This document shows positions 37,020 to 50,179 of a DNA stretch of 64,000 nucleotides, one piece after another. The translations under genes and the position numbers were made by a program. Where the stretch lies: positions 94,178,001-94,242,000 of the forward strand of contig NC_042997.1 of the NCBI RefSeq assembly GCF_006345805.1, given 5' to 3'. The notes beneath the pieces were generated by a model. It did no database searches. It was not told the origin of the DNA and saw only the letters and a program-made list of their open reading frames with translations. The number at the start of each line of letters is the position of its first letter. Position 1 is the stretch's first letter. Origin of the DNA: Octopus sinensis. Its lineage: Eukaryota.

Positions 37020-37639
37020 TTATAGCGACGAAAATATTTTGACAAATTAAACTTAAATGTTGAAGTGAATCGAACGGCTTTTGTGCGTTTCTTAAATGGC
37101 TTACAAACACCTTCCACGCTGCAATTGTTTTCGTTCCAGCACACGATTTCAGATCAAATCACTTACTATGCAAGAACATCTCCGTAATTCTCTTTATAGT
37201 TTTCCGTTTGAAAATAAATGAGGGCATATTTGTTTAGTTTTAAGCTACTGCTATCACAACTATTATGAGCACATACTCTCGATACGTGTGAAACGTCCAT
37301 CATTCAGTTGGTGCAAATGTGTGTTTGCCAAAGATATGTAACTGATGAAATATTTTTAAAGACAAACCATTCACCTGCACATAGTAATGTGAACAACTCG
37401 TAAACATTTCGAAAGATGCCTCTTAGTGAAACTTGAACACACACAAACACATACACAAGAAGGCACATATACACACACATGCACACATACACACACAAAC
37501 ACACAGACACAGACACACACAGAGACACACAGAGACACAAACACACACACAGACACACACACACAGACACACACAGAGGCACACACAGAGACACAAACGC
37601 AGAAACTCACACAAACACACACACACACACACATAGGAA

Positions 37640-37955
37640 ATGACACCCAGTCGGTCTCAACGACGGGTGTCCAATTGATCTGATTGATAGAACAGCCATC
37701 TCATGAAATCAACATGCAAGTGGCTGAGCGCTACACAGACATGCGTATCCTTAACGTAGTTCTCAGGGAGATTCAACGTGACAGAGTGTTACAATGCTGG
37801 CTTTTTGAAATACAGGTGCTACTCATTTTTACCTGGTGAGTGGACAGAAGCAACGTGAAATAAAGTATCTTGCTGTAGGAGAAAACGCGTCACCGCTTAT
37901 CAAACTCACGACTTCATGATCGTGAGCCGAATATCTTATCCACTAAGCCACGCAT
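37640..37955 (-). mobile_element. tRNA-derived SINE (family of 5400-5853)
   Basis: Shares CAAGTG(G/A)CTGAGC...GTTCTC(A/G)GGGAGATTCA...TTTGAAATACA with 5550-5650; tRNA-like head at the right end. Confidence 0.7.
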
Positions 37956-38545
37956 CTTTACAACACACACACGCGCGCGCGCGTGGACAAATGAAAAAAA
38001 AACTTCCATAAGACGATCTAGTGAAAAATTCCTACTTCTACTGTAGAATTGATGTTGTGGGGAGTAATCGATACCATTGACCTCAGTACTTGACTTTATA
38101 TTAATCGAGCGAAAAAACGATGAAGAGTAATGTTGAGTTGGGTGGGATTTTAACCGAGAATGTAAAAATCAGAGCGGAAATAAATACCGCAAGGCATATT
38201 TTTCCTGACACTCCACCTATTCTGGCAATCTAATGACATTTAAATTTTTTCTAACATAAGAACGAGTCTAGACATTTGTTGGGAGGTAACAGCCAATTAC
38301 ATCCGCAGAGTATTTGACTGATATGTTATTTTAGTGATTTGAGATCGATTAAAGGCAAACCCTTTTGGTGGAATATGAACTCAGCGCGAAACCAGAGGTA
38401 ACTAGCTAATCCAAGGCTCTCCCGACTGACACAGAGCATATGTAAAAGGCTACATATATTGGAAAGGAGCAATGAATGCTACTGGTACTTTTTTTTTAAA
38501 TCTCGAGTTGTAATATTTATACTAAAAGCAGTAAGTACAAAACAA

Positions 38546-38594
<49 letters not shown>

Positions 38595-38624
38595 ATAATA
38601 ATAATAATAATGATAATAATAATA

Positions 38625-38830
38625 ATCGTTTCTACTAAAGGCATAAGGCCTGAAATTTGGTGGGAGGGGACCAGTCGACCATATCGACACCAGTGTTTAA
38701 TTTATCGACCTCGAAAGGATGACAAGCAAAGTCGACCTCGGTGTAATTTGAACTCAGAACGTAGAGACGGACGAAACGCTGCTAAGCATTTTATCTGGCT
38801 TGAAAACGATTCTGTCAGCTCGCCGTCTTA
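38625..38830 (-). mobile_element. tRNA-derived SINE after (CTA)n(AAT)n
   Basis: AATTTGAACTCAGAACGTAG...CTGTCAGCTCGCC head; same family as 190-634. Confidence 0.75.
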
Positions 38831-40704
38831 TTAGTACTAATAACGATAATTGCTTTTATTGACCACAAAGATCTAGTGGAATCTGTACGATTGAGATATT
38901 GGAAGGGAAACAACAATCAAGAAAAGCGCCGAGCAATTACATTGCGTAAATGGCTGAGATCAAATATTTCAATGGCAGCCTCAGACTAATAGAGAGAAAT
39001 ATGACAATGATAACATCTAACAGTACACGATATAATAATAAATCAAGAAAATATGCAAAACTGAAAGATAAATACTTATTGATAAACGTTTCAAATTGGA
39101 TACATGACTACGTCTATTATTTGTGAAATAATATAATTTAGTGAGTAAGTAACAATGGCGGCTTACAATAACTAGCAAAAATGACACCGATAGTGATAGT
39201 AATAATACAAAGTAATAATTGACTATGCTTTGTATAAACTCTAAACAGTATCCAACGTGACAATATCTATTACTGTAATATTTCCGTTTATCCAAAGGGA
39301 TATATTAAGTTGGTTATAAGAGATGCAGTATAAAATATCAATACACATTCTGATGTGAGAAGTAAATAAATGTTCTGAAGAAAATAAACAGTAACATTGT
39401 TGTCAGAAAGAAACTAGCAATTGTATTTCTGCTGGTATGGTTTGCTCTTTAGGACATCATAAATGTAAGTAACACTATGTACGAAAAAATCAAAACAAAA
39501 GCAAGGCAGTATAGGACTAAAAAGTAAGAAATATATATATATAGGTTCGAGCAAACAAGCATCCTTGCTATGTTATAACTCATAAAGTGTTCACTATTAT
39601 ATTTTTGTACATAAATAATAATTTCAGAAATGCTATGTTGATAGCAACTATGCATCAGAAATACACCCACCCCTCAACATACATAAAGAAAAAGATTTCT
39701 GTTTATTTTTCTAGTCATAAAAATGAGAAAGTGTGTGACAGAGTGTGGGTGAGATGAAGAAAAAGGAAGAGTGATATAGAAAGTAATATTAAGATATTTA
39801 GGAGATTTATCTAAAATTGATGCCTTGGATGTTTAAATAAGTATCAAGCTATTATAATGACAAAAAAATGTATATTAAAAAATAGAAGTGCATATATGAA
39901 AACAACAATGTAGACGTATAAAAAAGTAATTACGAAAACATTAATGTAGTTATATTTTTTTTCCGAATTGCTTTTAAATGCGTAATCCCATTAATGTTAG
40001 TATAAATCATTTTGAAGGAATAAAAGAACGATGAAATAAATGGAAAATGAAATACCTAAACCATTTGAATTTAACCTAAATATTCTTCCAGGTTAAAATC
40101 CTATCCTACCGACTGTCATAGCTTATAATAAAAAGACACATTTTCAATGAGTGGGCTAAGTAACTAGGTAGTTTTCTCTGTCTTCTCAAAATTAAGAATT
40201 GTAGATAGTGTAAGGGTGTTAAAGTCATAAGGAAAATACAAATGTTATAACTACTTTGGCCTTTACACAGACAAATTGGAAAGAATAATTTAACCTCATG
40301 TTTGCCTTGATTAAGTGACCCTATTTTCAAAGAGATTCCAGGTTTTATAATACCTTATTTATGTGCATCAGAGATTGGTGAGTATCCTTAATTTAAGATA
40401 ATGATTTGAAATATTTGGCTTCTGTTTCGAGCAGGCACGGCCAGGCTCTCTCGTTAGCTCTCCGTAAGTAGGAGAATCGATTGGACACGCCCATTTCATT
40501 TGTTGAGAAATTATTGGTACACATTTGATTATGTCATAAGCAATAATTAATTCCCTATTTTTAATACGGAGATATTAGTCTATTGAATAAATTATCATTT
40601 CATAATTCATAGAGAGCAATATCGCTATATAGTAAATAATACGAGTCTTCACAATGAAGATTCACTCTGGTGTTCACTAAAAAAAGCGCCCGCCGACTTC
40701 TGCT

Positions 40705-42240
40705 TCTCTAAAACATTGTTATTTAAAACCAGACACAAAACGAGGTATTAAACCTCTTACAACTTTTACAACTTTTCAATTTTTGGACTTAACAGTCCAT
40801 TACAAACAACAACATAGTTCTATAATTACATATAATATAAATACAATACACAGAGCCCCTCCTCCCAGACCTGGCTTACACTTCCCTTAGGAATGCCCCA
40901 GCTCTAGGTCGGGGGCCCTCAAGTCGTATCTAAACATGTCCTATCAAACATAAAAAATACATTATCACTTCTCCCTTCCTCCTCTTTCCGGACCTACAGT
41001 CAAATATCTAGCCGCCTGCAGAGCAGACCACGTTGACAGCCACGTTCAGAAAGAAAGCGAAGTGCCTGTTATCAAATGTTTGTGTCACACAGTGCCACAA
41101 TTTACGACTCATCTTCAAAATAACTTGTGCCCGCATCCTCTGCCATCCTCCACGCCTCTTCCAAAACCTCTCAGAGAGAACTTTCACATTAAGAAGCTTG
41201 GTCCCGCTGCCACCCAGACCCCGGCGGATAGTCTCCTCTATCCACTCATGTTTTATCCCGGGTGGTAGCCAGCAGATCCAAGCTTTCGTCAACCTCTTCC
41301 CATGATACGTGGGAAGAAATAAAATTTCCTTACCCTCCAGGGGTTGACTAGCAAATTTGCAAGCCTCTTCAGGGGTGTCAAATAGCAACCACACCGTTGC
41401 ATATCTGACAGCCCTGGAAATGAATTTAATTGTTGGCAAATATTCTGCCAACTCCTTTTCAATTGCCGTCATTTCTAATAAGGCGATGGTGTCGAGTGCC
41501 TTGGAGTAGGTTCTCAACACCACCGTCCTATCTTCACGGTCTTTTAACCACTTTTTAGGCGGTATAATCTTCCATTCCAAAATTTTGTCATTTTTCATTG
41601 CCATGTTTCTTTTTTTTTTTTTGAAATATATTCAAAATAAAACTTAAAAAGCGAGAGAAAAAAGAAATCAAAAGAAAGTCACAATAAACAAAAAGGAGAA
41701 GTCAACAAATAAAGTTTAGAAGAAAGTCAATAGTTCAGGAACACAGCAAAAAAAATATTCCGCCATTCGGTACTCCCGGCCTAGGTTGAACCCGAACGCC
41801 ACAACTGGAACACAATTCCACAAAATTGATATACAAATTGTTCATCTTCGGAGGCAAAACACTCCCCAATACAGCAGTTCTCACAATTATTAAAGTTCTT
41901 CAAAAGACACAATACAAGCAATAATTCTCATAGTTAAGTGAGAAAAATATTCACTCGATGTAAATCGAAGACGAGGATACGCCCCACCAAAAATGAATCC
42001 AATAAATTCTCAAAACACAAAAACAGCAGCCGCCGAGAGCAGGCGAAATTGTCCCAGAGCTGGGCACAATTTACTGAAAAAATAATTCGCACGCAATAAA
42101 TTATGCCCAGCTCACAACAAACAAAATTACCTACCTCGACAACCTTCTCTGTTTTTGTTCTTTTTTCTTTTTAGGACGGAGTTCAACGCTCACGTCCTCA
42201 CCGTTCAGTGTCAAGAAGTCACGACCGGAACCGGAAGCAA
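40705..42240 (-). mobile_element. LINE-like element with 5' UTR and ORF1 but no ORF2 (L1/Tx1-like, provisional)
   Basis: 5' end GCTTCCGGTTCCGG...GAGGACGTGAGCGTTGAACTCC resembles L1/Tx1 5' termini. An A-rich UTR of about 630 bp leads to a 198-aa ORF, then a T-rich 3' region of about 300 bp with no RT motifs. Confidence 0.5.
41008..41604 (-). CDS. LINE ORF1-like (RRM-type) protein, probably C-terminally truncated
   Basis: ATG-initiated 198-aa non-repetitive ORF, the most protein-like in the window: ILEWKIIPPKKWLKDREDRTVVLRTY...LFDTPEEA...LPTYHGKRLTKAWICWLPPGIKHEWI. No CCHC knuckle seen. Confidence 0.6.
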   Translation of the reverse strand: MAMKNDKILEWKIIPPKKWLKDREDRTVVLRTYSKALDTIALLEMTAIEKELAEYLPTIKFISRAVRYATVWLLFDTPEEACKFASQPLEGKEILFLPTYHGKRLTKAWICWLPPGIKHEWIEETIRRGLGGSGTKLLNVKVLSERFWKRRGGWQRMRAQVILKMSRKLWHCVTQTFDNRHFAFFLNVAVNVVCSAGG

Positions 42241-42422
42241 GCTTCTTATCCCACAGCAACACCTGTTCATAAATATTTATAAAAAATGATAATATCACAT
42301 AGAATTAAACAGATTTAATCCGCAGAAATATTTCCCCCAACTCGCACAATATTTACTTGTTTTTCTGGCCATGACATTTCCGAAACTGACAGATAGGATG
42401 CACGTGAGAGAGAATACGTAAA

Positions 42423-42479
<57 letters not shown>

Positions 42480-44464
42480 CAACATTCAGGTTTAAAAACT
42501 CATAAAGTACTTAAGTAAAGCTTTCGAAGGATTCCTGTGGTTTTTATTTCAAACTGAAATATTTCTATTTTAGTGACATTTCATGAACTGCTTTCAATCG
42601 TAAATTTAAACTGCGTTATAGTCACGGCTTGTCAGGAGATTTCTTCTAGCGCTCTTCACAGGTTGTAAACAACATCAAACTGATCTTTTTATTGCTCTAA
42701 TACGAATTATTTAAATTGACTTTTAGTGAAAGAAATTCTTCCCATAATTTGACCAGGTTGAAGACGCTGGAATCTCCAAAGAATCTCCGAAACGACGAGA
42801 TCGGCCCATTAATGTTACGCTTAAAGAATTGCAAGAAAATCATGGACAAGGATAGAATTCTAGTGGTTGATGTTTTTAGAAGTAAAGAGTGGAAATAGTG
42901 ACTAGTGCGAGAGAAAGAGCTGAGAGTGTGATTAGAAGAAGAATGAAGGTGATACGGAATTATTACGATTGGAATAGTTCCCAACATTGTAGAGACAGTA
43001 AATGCAGAGCAAGGTTACAGGTCGTAGCGAGACAAGCTGTTGTAGTCTGTTGGCGAGGGATTTATGCTAATCAACCAGGGGTATATTATGAGAATGTGGT
43101 GTGGGGTGTCTGTTCACGTCGTGGCATCACGCTCTGGAAATCTAATTACATTAACAATGTAAATGAAATGGAATGAAATATTTGTAAATGAATATTTAAA
43201 CTAGGTGATATACACTTTCTTATTCAGTAGCTGTGGAAGCAGAAGCACATATGCCTACTTACTGCACTTTTAAAATCTATATAAATCATGGAAAGTTAAG
43301 CATATACTCAATTTATACAGCCCACTAAAATAACTATCATATATCATATTTATTTTACCATTAACGAGCTGTCTCTTGTTGAAAAGAAATTTTTTTTGTT
43401 TTCACAAAGAAAATTTATCTTTTCAAAACAAAAAAGTGTTTCAGACCAGCGAAGATATTTATTAATGACAATTTTAACAGCAAAAATTTATATTGATAAC
43501 TTTAAAACATTGTGAAGCATGCTATTTCCGTGTGTCAAGTTATTCAGGTGTTATAATATCATCTAAAATTAATTGCCCCTGGTTCATAGTTATAATATCG
43601 TCTAAAGTTAATCATCATTGGTTTCAACAACTGATTTTAACTTTGGCATTTGGTAATGTCTTTGAAGAAGGGATATAATTGATCGAGCCAGCTAGCAATA
43701 TTATTGGATTTTATTTGATCAATCCTGGAAAGAGACATTGCAAAACCCAAAACTAGGAAGATTTCAGCGAAAAATATAAAAAAGATCTAAATATAGGATC
43801 TGACATTCTGCACTATTCCATTATGGAATATTGAACTTCCAAGTGTTTTCTCCATTCATATAGGTTGTTGTTAATACACTTTATCCCTAAACAAGTCCTA
43901 AGCAATTCCTGTATGATGGTCCCATCTTTTCTTTTGGACAAATTGAGGGTGTTACTAAATGCTCTCTTCTTTTCTGAAAAAGGTTAGGGGTGTGAGTTGA
44001 TGGAAATTTGGCTGCTGTTTTTAGCGTATCAAAGCATTTCATAAGCGGCAGCTTTAATGGCTCAATGATAAATGCGTTGCTGTTATTGTTGTATAGAATC
44101 AGGCCAGCTCTAGTCCTGCAGACTTATCAATAAAGGTGTTCTATTAATGACTATCCCGTTATTCTGTATATTATGGACTTTATAATTCAATATGCTGTTT
44201 TTTAACAGCCTACCGTTGCTATAAATGGGCAACTAAATCCCACCCTCACTACTGAACGGGACCGGATGGGTACTTAGTTGCTATTTCTAATAGCTCAAGC
44301 GGTCGTATGGACCCTTCTTCGTTTGCATGGTTTTTAAGTAAGTCGCTAGTAATGCTAAAAGACAGACGTTTACGGTGCCATAAGAAATTTATTCCCACTT
44401 GAGGAAAATGTCAGACAGAGTTAGGATGGGCAAACCACCAGACACATATTAGAAACAGCATAAA

Positions 44465-45383
44465 TATTGGGTCACCTCATAAATAATGCGGTTTTTCAAT
44501 TGCATTAACTAAAAGTCGGGTGTGGGGACAAGATAAACTACCCCCATCAACTTGCCATAAAAGCAGGTAGTATTTATTTCTTTTTTTTTCTCTTACTCTT
44601 AGTGCAAGTTTTGAAGAGTGCAGTTCGATTTTAATAGTTATTTTTGCAAAGCTATAATTGAAGTGACAAAGGAGTATATTCGTCATATTTTGCTTTATGA
44701 ATTTAATAAAGGCAACAACGCAATGGAAAGTGCGAGGAATTTTAATGCATCAGACAGTAAGCGTAAGCCAGTGTCAACGATGGTTCCAGAAATTTCGAGC
44801 CGGAAACTACAGCCTAGAAGACGAGCCTCGTCCTGGAAGATCTGTAGAGCTCGACGTCCTGCAAACCCTGACGGAACAAAATCCCGTCGTAACTGTTGAA
44901 GAACTAGCAGAGACGCTTGGATTTGGTCGTTCAACCAGTCATTCAAGTTAGCGCCAGAAGAAAAACGACCATCTTTGCTTTGAAAACGAAATGTGTTCTT
45001 CCATCAGGATAATGCTCAGCCACATATAGTGAGGATTACATTTCAAAGGCCGGAGCAGTTTGAATGGGAAACGATGCCCCACCCATAATATTCGGAGGAC
45101 ATTGCCCAAACTGATTATCATTTATTTCGCAGTCTTCAAAATCATTTGGGCGGAAAAAAATATGAATTCTGTAGACGAGGTCAGAACAGTTTTGGAGGAG
45201 TATTTTTTTGTCGTAGACAAGTGAATTTTGGAAAAGGGACCTTGCAAATCTACCAGATAGATGGAAGAATGTTGTAGAAAATGAAGGAGAGTATATTTTA
45301 GATTAAAAGAGAACTTTGTTTACCTTAATTTTGAAAAATAAAATAAGTATAAAAAACCGCAATATTTATGGGATGACTCACTA
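44465..45383 (+). mobile_element. Internally deleted mariner (about 920 bp), third lineage
   Basis: TIRs at 44465-44497 and 45351-45383 (about 27/33, TA ends). HILLYEFNKG and RWFQKFRAGNYSLEDEPRPGR, then a deletion to FHQDNAQPH...DYHLFRSLQNHL...LPDRWKNVVENEGEYILD*. Confidence 0.9.
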
Positions 45384-46704
45384 CTTTATCGAGACGCTTT
45401 CGTTCTCCGAATGTGTATATGGAATAGCTTAAAAGTCACTGCACCGAAGATATTGTTCTAGTAATTTCCTTACTACAATTTACATTACCATAAAGTCTAC
45501 CGTAGATCATAATCCATGAAAATAGACTAATACTCGCCCCGCCACCACATGATATATACTATATACACATATGTACTATATACACGTACGCACATACACC
45601 ATGCACATACACACAACATATATACATATGTATGTGTATGTGTGTATGTATAATTTGTGCCATTAACTTGTCAATCGTTTGAACTTTAGCCCAAACCGTA
45701 TCATACCTGCATGTGAATCTGTTCTCGTAATCGTTGAAAATAATTTATTTTAGAAATTAAAGCTTGCAGCCCACCGAGTCAAAGGCTTAACATTTCTGTG
45801 AATGGGAGCTTATACATAATCCTTATAGCTTTCTCACAGCTTTAGGGATTTCGCATTATTCATGCAGTAATCAAGCTTTTGCGATTGGTTAATAATTAAA
45901 TTTTAAAAATTTGTCATTAAAACATCTTTTTAATTTATGAAAAAGTATTCGACCGACTTCATAGTTTGTGAGAGACATTACTAGAGACAAATATTTATAA
46001 AATAGAAATATTAATAGCATTACAATATTTTCCATGTTTTATGAGCGATATTTTAACCGTAATATTGGTCTCAAATTATAAATATAATGAGTAAAGTAGC
46101 AGCAACAGATGTGGCAAATATGATACACATTTATAGCAATTGAAGTCTCTGTTCCATGCATTTAATCCAGGGGCTCGGGAGTGAACTGAATGAGAATGAA
46201 ATTTTTACAAGTTTATTTGGAAGTAAACACTGGTTAAGTCTCTGAATACTAGTGTAACTAAGTCATTTAAATTTAAGACCAAAACAAAATATTTGACGAA
46301 GTAACGTTTATCGCCACCTAAGAATGCGTGTTCTCGATGAACAGACGATACTGCTATTTTAAACCCAAGAGAACGTATCCTCCAGGTGGTTATTCAGTGT
46401 GTCCTGTACTCGATATATATTGTAAACGGGGAGAGAACCTCTACTATTTCAGCAACGAGAGCACCAGACTCCGCAGTTTCGACCTTATTGTGCTTATCCA
46501 CGGTGATGGATTAACGTCTGCTAGATATAGCAGTAGTTCCCTCCAGTTTGTAACATATAGAACATAATTGATACACAGTCACTGATCTTGAAACTAAAAA
46601 AACTAACTCCCTAAGAAAATCTCTATAAGAGACGAAAGTAGTATCTATACTGAGCGCCACCTAAACATGCGTGTTTTCTAAAAACAAATGACATATTTTA
46701 CATA

Positions 46705-46739
46705 GGCGCAGGAGTGGCTGTATGGCAAGAAGTGGGTTT

Positions 46740-46830
<91 letters not shown>

Positions 46831-47040
46831 TTGTGTGCCTGTGTTTGTCCCCCCAACATCTCTTGACAACCGATGCTGGTGTGTTTACGTCCCGGTAACT
46901 TAGCGGTTCGGCAGAAGAGACCGATAGAATAAGTACTAGGCTTTATAAAGAATAAGTAATGGGGTCGATTTGCTCGACTAAAGGCGGTGCTCCAGCATGG
47001 TCACAGTCAAATGACTGAAACAAATAAAAGAGTAAAAGGG
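46705..47040 (+). mobile_element. tRNA-derived SINE (third family) with internal deletion and central (TA)(TG) tract
   Basis: Head GGCGCAGGAGTGGCTGTATGGCAAG; 3' half matches 15455-15655 and 47400-47640. Confidence 0.8.
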
Positions 47041-47044
47041 TATA

Positions 47045-47082
<38 letters not shown>

Positions 47083-47367
47083 TCATAAATGAGGGCAAAG
47101 GAAAAAAATTCTAATGTCAAATATGCCGAAAAATTGGACATATTGTCCATTAACCATATAATTTTTTCACAATACGCACGCTACTCGAAAGAAGGTCGAC
47201 AGAAATTTCTAAAAAATTCCATTATTACCATATCGGACCGATTTCAGAGTTAGCTACTAAGAGCCCTCTCTTCGTCAGTGATACATGTGGCATTGATACA
47301 TGCTGGCCATTGATAAAATTTTTTTCGAGAAAATATTTTTTTTCGAAAAGAATTTTATCCTCACATT

Positions 47368-47404
<37 letters not shown>

Positions 47405-48754
47405 GGTGGGTATGTTATCTGTGTTTGTCTCCCATCCCCACCATGCCATCATTTGACAACCGATGCTGGTGTGTTCATGTTCCCCTATTCTAGCAGTTCG
47501 GCAAATGTATCCGAAAGAATAAGTAGTAGGCTTAAAAAAAGTTCTGGGGTCTATTCTTTTCAACTAAAACTATTCAAGGCGATGCTCCAGCATGGCCACA
47601 ATCAAATAACCGAAGCAAGTAAAAGAATAAAAGAATATGTTATATAGGTGTTCAAAAAGTCTCTCCGCAGTGCATTTTTTTCTCCGCAAGATATATTTCA
47701 AAACATGTGTAGAAGAGTCAACTTATGTATTAAAAATGCAGGACGACACTTTCAACACCTCATATAAAGTTTTTTAAAGTCTTGTAAAGTCTAATATATT
47801 CTTTTGTAGCCTTATAACACCTTACAACAGTGACACAACAACATCTTATGCATTTATATTTCACCCCTGATACTAATGAAAATTCGCTACATGTTGTTTA
47901 GATATTTACTCCTCAATGAGGCTAATACGCGTTAAGCCATAGAACTGAGTTGAAATAAAAACCTTCGACTTAAGAAGCTGATGAAATTAATGTTTTAACT
48001 TTATATTTGTATTTAATAGTTATAGGTATGTATTTCTGTTTCTACAGGCATCATCGGCACACATACATACTTACAGGAATTCATACACATAAATGCAAAA
48101 ACACGAATATAATTCTGCTTTATTTTATAGAAAAAAAAAAGCGCCTTGCAATCAATAAATAATAATAAATATATATTTGTAATTCCACGTGTGTTAAAAT
48201 TGTACGTAATAATGATTTTGACGCATACAAATATTATATACATCGTTATTCAATTATCGTACAGAATCAATACAGTATGACGTCAAGGTCGTTTTAACAA
48301 CTTGGAAAATATCGATTTTTACAGATAATGCCAATGCCTATGACAGATTATTTAGTAAGGAGAATGGAAATGAAGAATGTGTTGGAGACAGTATTTAGAA
48401 AGAAGCAATAAAAAAAGAACTGCATATGTTCTGTCGCTATACAATGCATGATGTTTAAGGAAAAGAAACATATCTTAAGATACCTCTGGCAATCTGCAAA
48501 AAAGTGAGTGTTGGAAAAATTTATAAGATCTTCTAAGAGATTCTAAGAAACCTTAGATAACAGAGTATTGTTGCAGTATTGGCTCTTTTCAAGGAACAGC
48601 GTGACACTCTTAATTTTTTTAATGTTAAAATTAACACCTTCATCGACATATTTCAATGATTGTGTGAAAGACACATATAAATTCATAGATATATATATAT
48701 ATAGTGTGAAAAAAATATACATACATACATACATATCTACATACATACCTGCAT

Positions 48755-48807
<53 letters not shown>

Positions 48808-49117
48808 TACTAGTACGCATATATGTAAACATATACATGCGTATATAAATACACACACAGAAACACGTACATATATGTAAAGCGAAGCAAATACAAATAA
48901 GTAAAACAACAAAAATCCAAGGGGAGCTGACAGGTAAAAGTATTAGATTAACACTCAAAAACAGGTAGAAAATATTATAAGATAAAAACTATAGAGTAAA
49001 AACATAATGTTTTTGACATAGTCCTTCCTCGGATACTAGAAGATAGTCTAGGATAGGAGGAAGAAAGGAAAAGAAATATAAGACACAATTCCAAGGGCAA
49101 ACGCACGTATATATATA

Positions 49118-49154
<37 letters not shown>

Positions 49155-49268
49155 GTGTCAAGGGGAAATGGAATTTAATTAAAATTAAAACATTCAATCA
49201 AAATTTACATTTCCAGTGGTCTAACGTGCAAAAAAAAAAAATTAGTCAAGAAGACTATATATTAGTCA

Positions 49269-49785
49269 TACGATATAGTGTATATTTAAACACATAAGGA
49301 ATTCACTTATAGGGAATTCAGCACGCTAGAAAGAACAGCTAGGTTCTGTAAACCACAAAAATAACGGATAAAATTCGACAGGAATAAATTTGGAAATGAA
49401 AAACATTTACCATCTAGTCCCTGGACCAATTGGTTTCTAATCATCTTTTAGCGAGTCAAGGAGAACTCACAAGGTCTGATTTTCTTCAGTAAGGTCCAAC
49501 CTAGGGTTATACATATCCAACACGAGACAAACAAGGCTACTTGTCTCGTGTTTATACGAACTAACTTTTCAAAAGTTCTTGACTCGTGAGTTCTCCTTGA
49601 CTCGCTAAAAGATGATCAGAAACCAATTGGTCCAGGGACTAGATGGTAAATGTTTTTCATTTCCAAATTTATTCCTGTCGAATTTTATCCGTTATTTTTG
49701 TGGTTTACAGAACCTAGCTGTTCTTTCTAGTGTGCTGAATTCCCTATATGGAGGATTCCTTATGTGTTTAAATATACACTGTATC

Positions 49786-49788
<3 letters not shown>
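49269..49788. repeat. About 200-bp inverted repeat with 115-bp spacer, probably a PLE 3' end
   Basis: Arms 49269-49470 and 49586-49788, roughly 95% identical by eye. Perfect 12-bp hairpin in the spacer (49519-49530 / 49541-49552). LEMKNIYHL weakly resembles a GIY-YIG C-terminus. Confidence 0.8.
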
Positions 49789-49867
<79 letters not shown>

Positions 49868-49975
49868 ATATATTTATATACGTAAATACACACACACAAT
49901 ATATCTATCCATCTATCTATACCTACATGTTTATATATATGTACATCAGCGTGGTGTGTATGCGTGTAATGTATG

Positions 49976-50179
<204 letters not shown>

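Noticed and set aside
40470-40500. CCAAT-like plus CACGCCC motifs (ATTGGACACGCCC) as a promoter
   Set aside because: Short motifs with no linked exon; expected by chance.
42697-43176. Overlapping 60-96-aa ORFs as a possible LTR element relic
   Set aside because: No recognisable gag, pol, PBS or LTR features.
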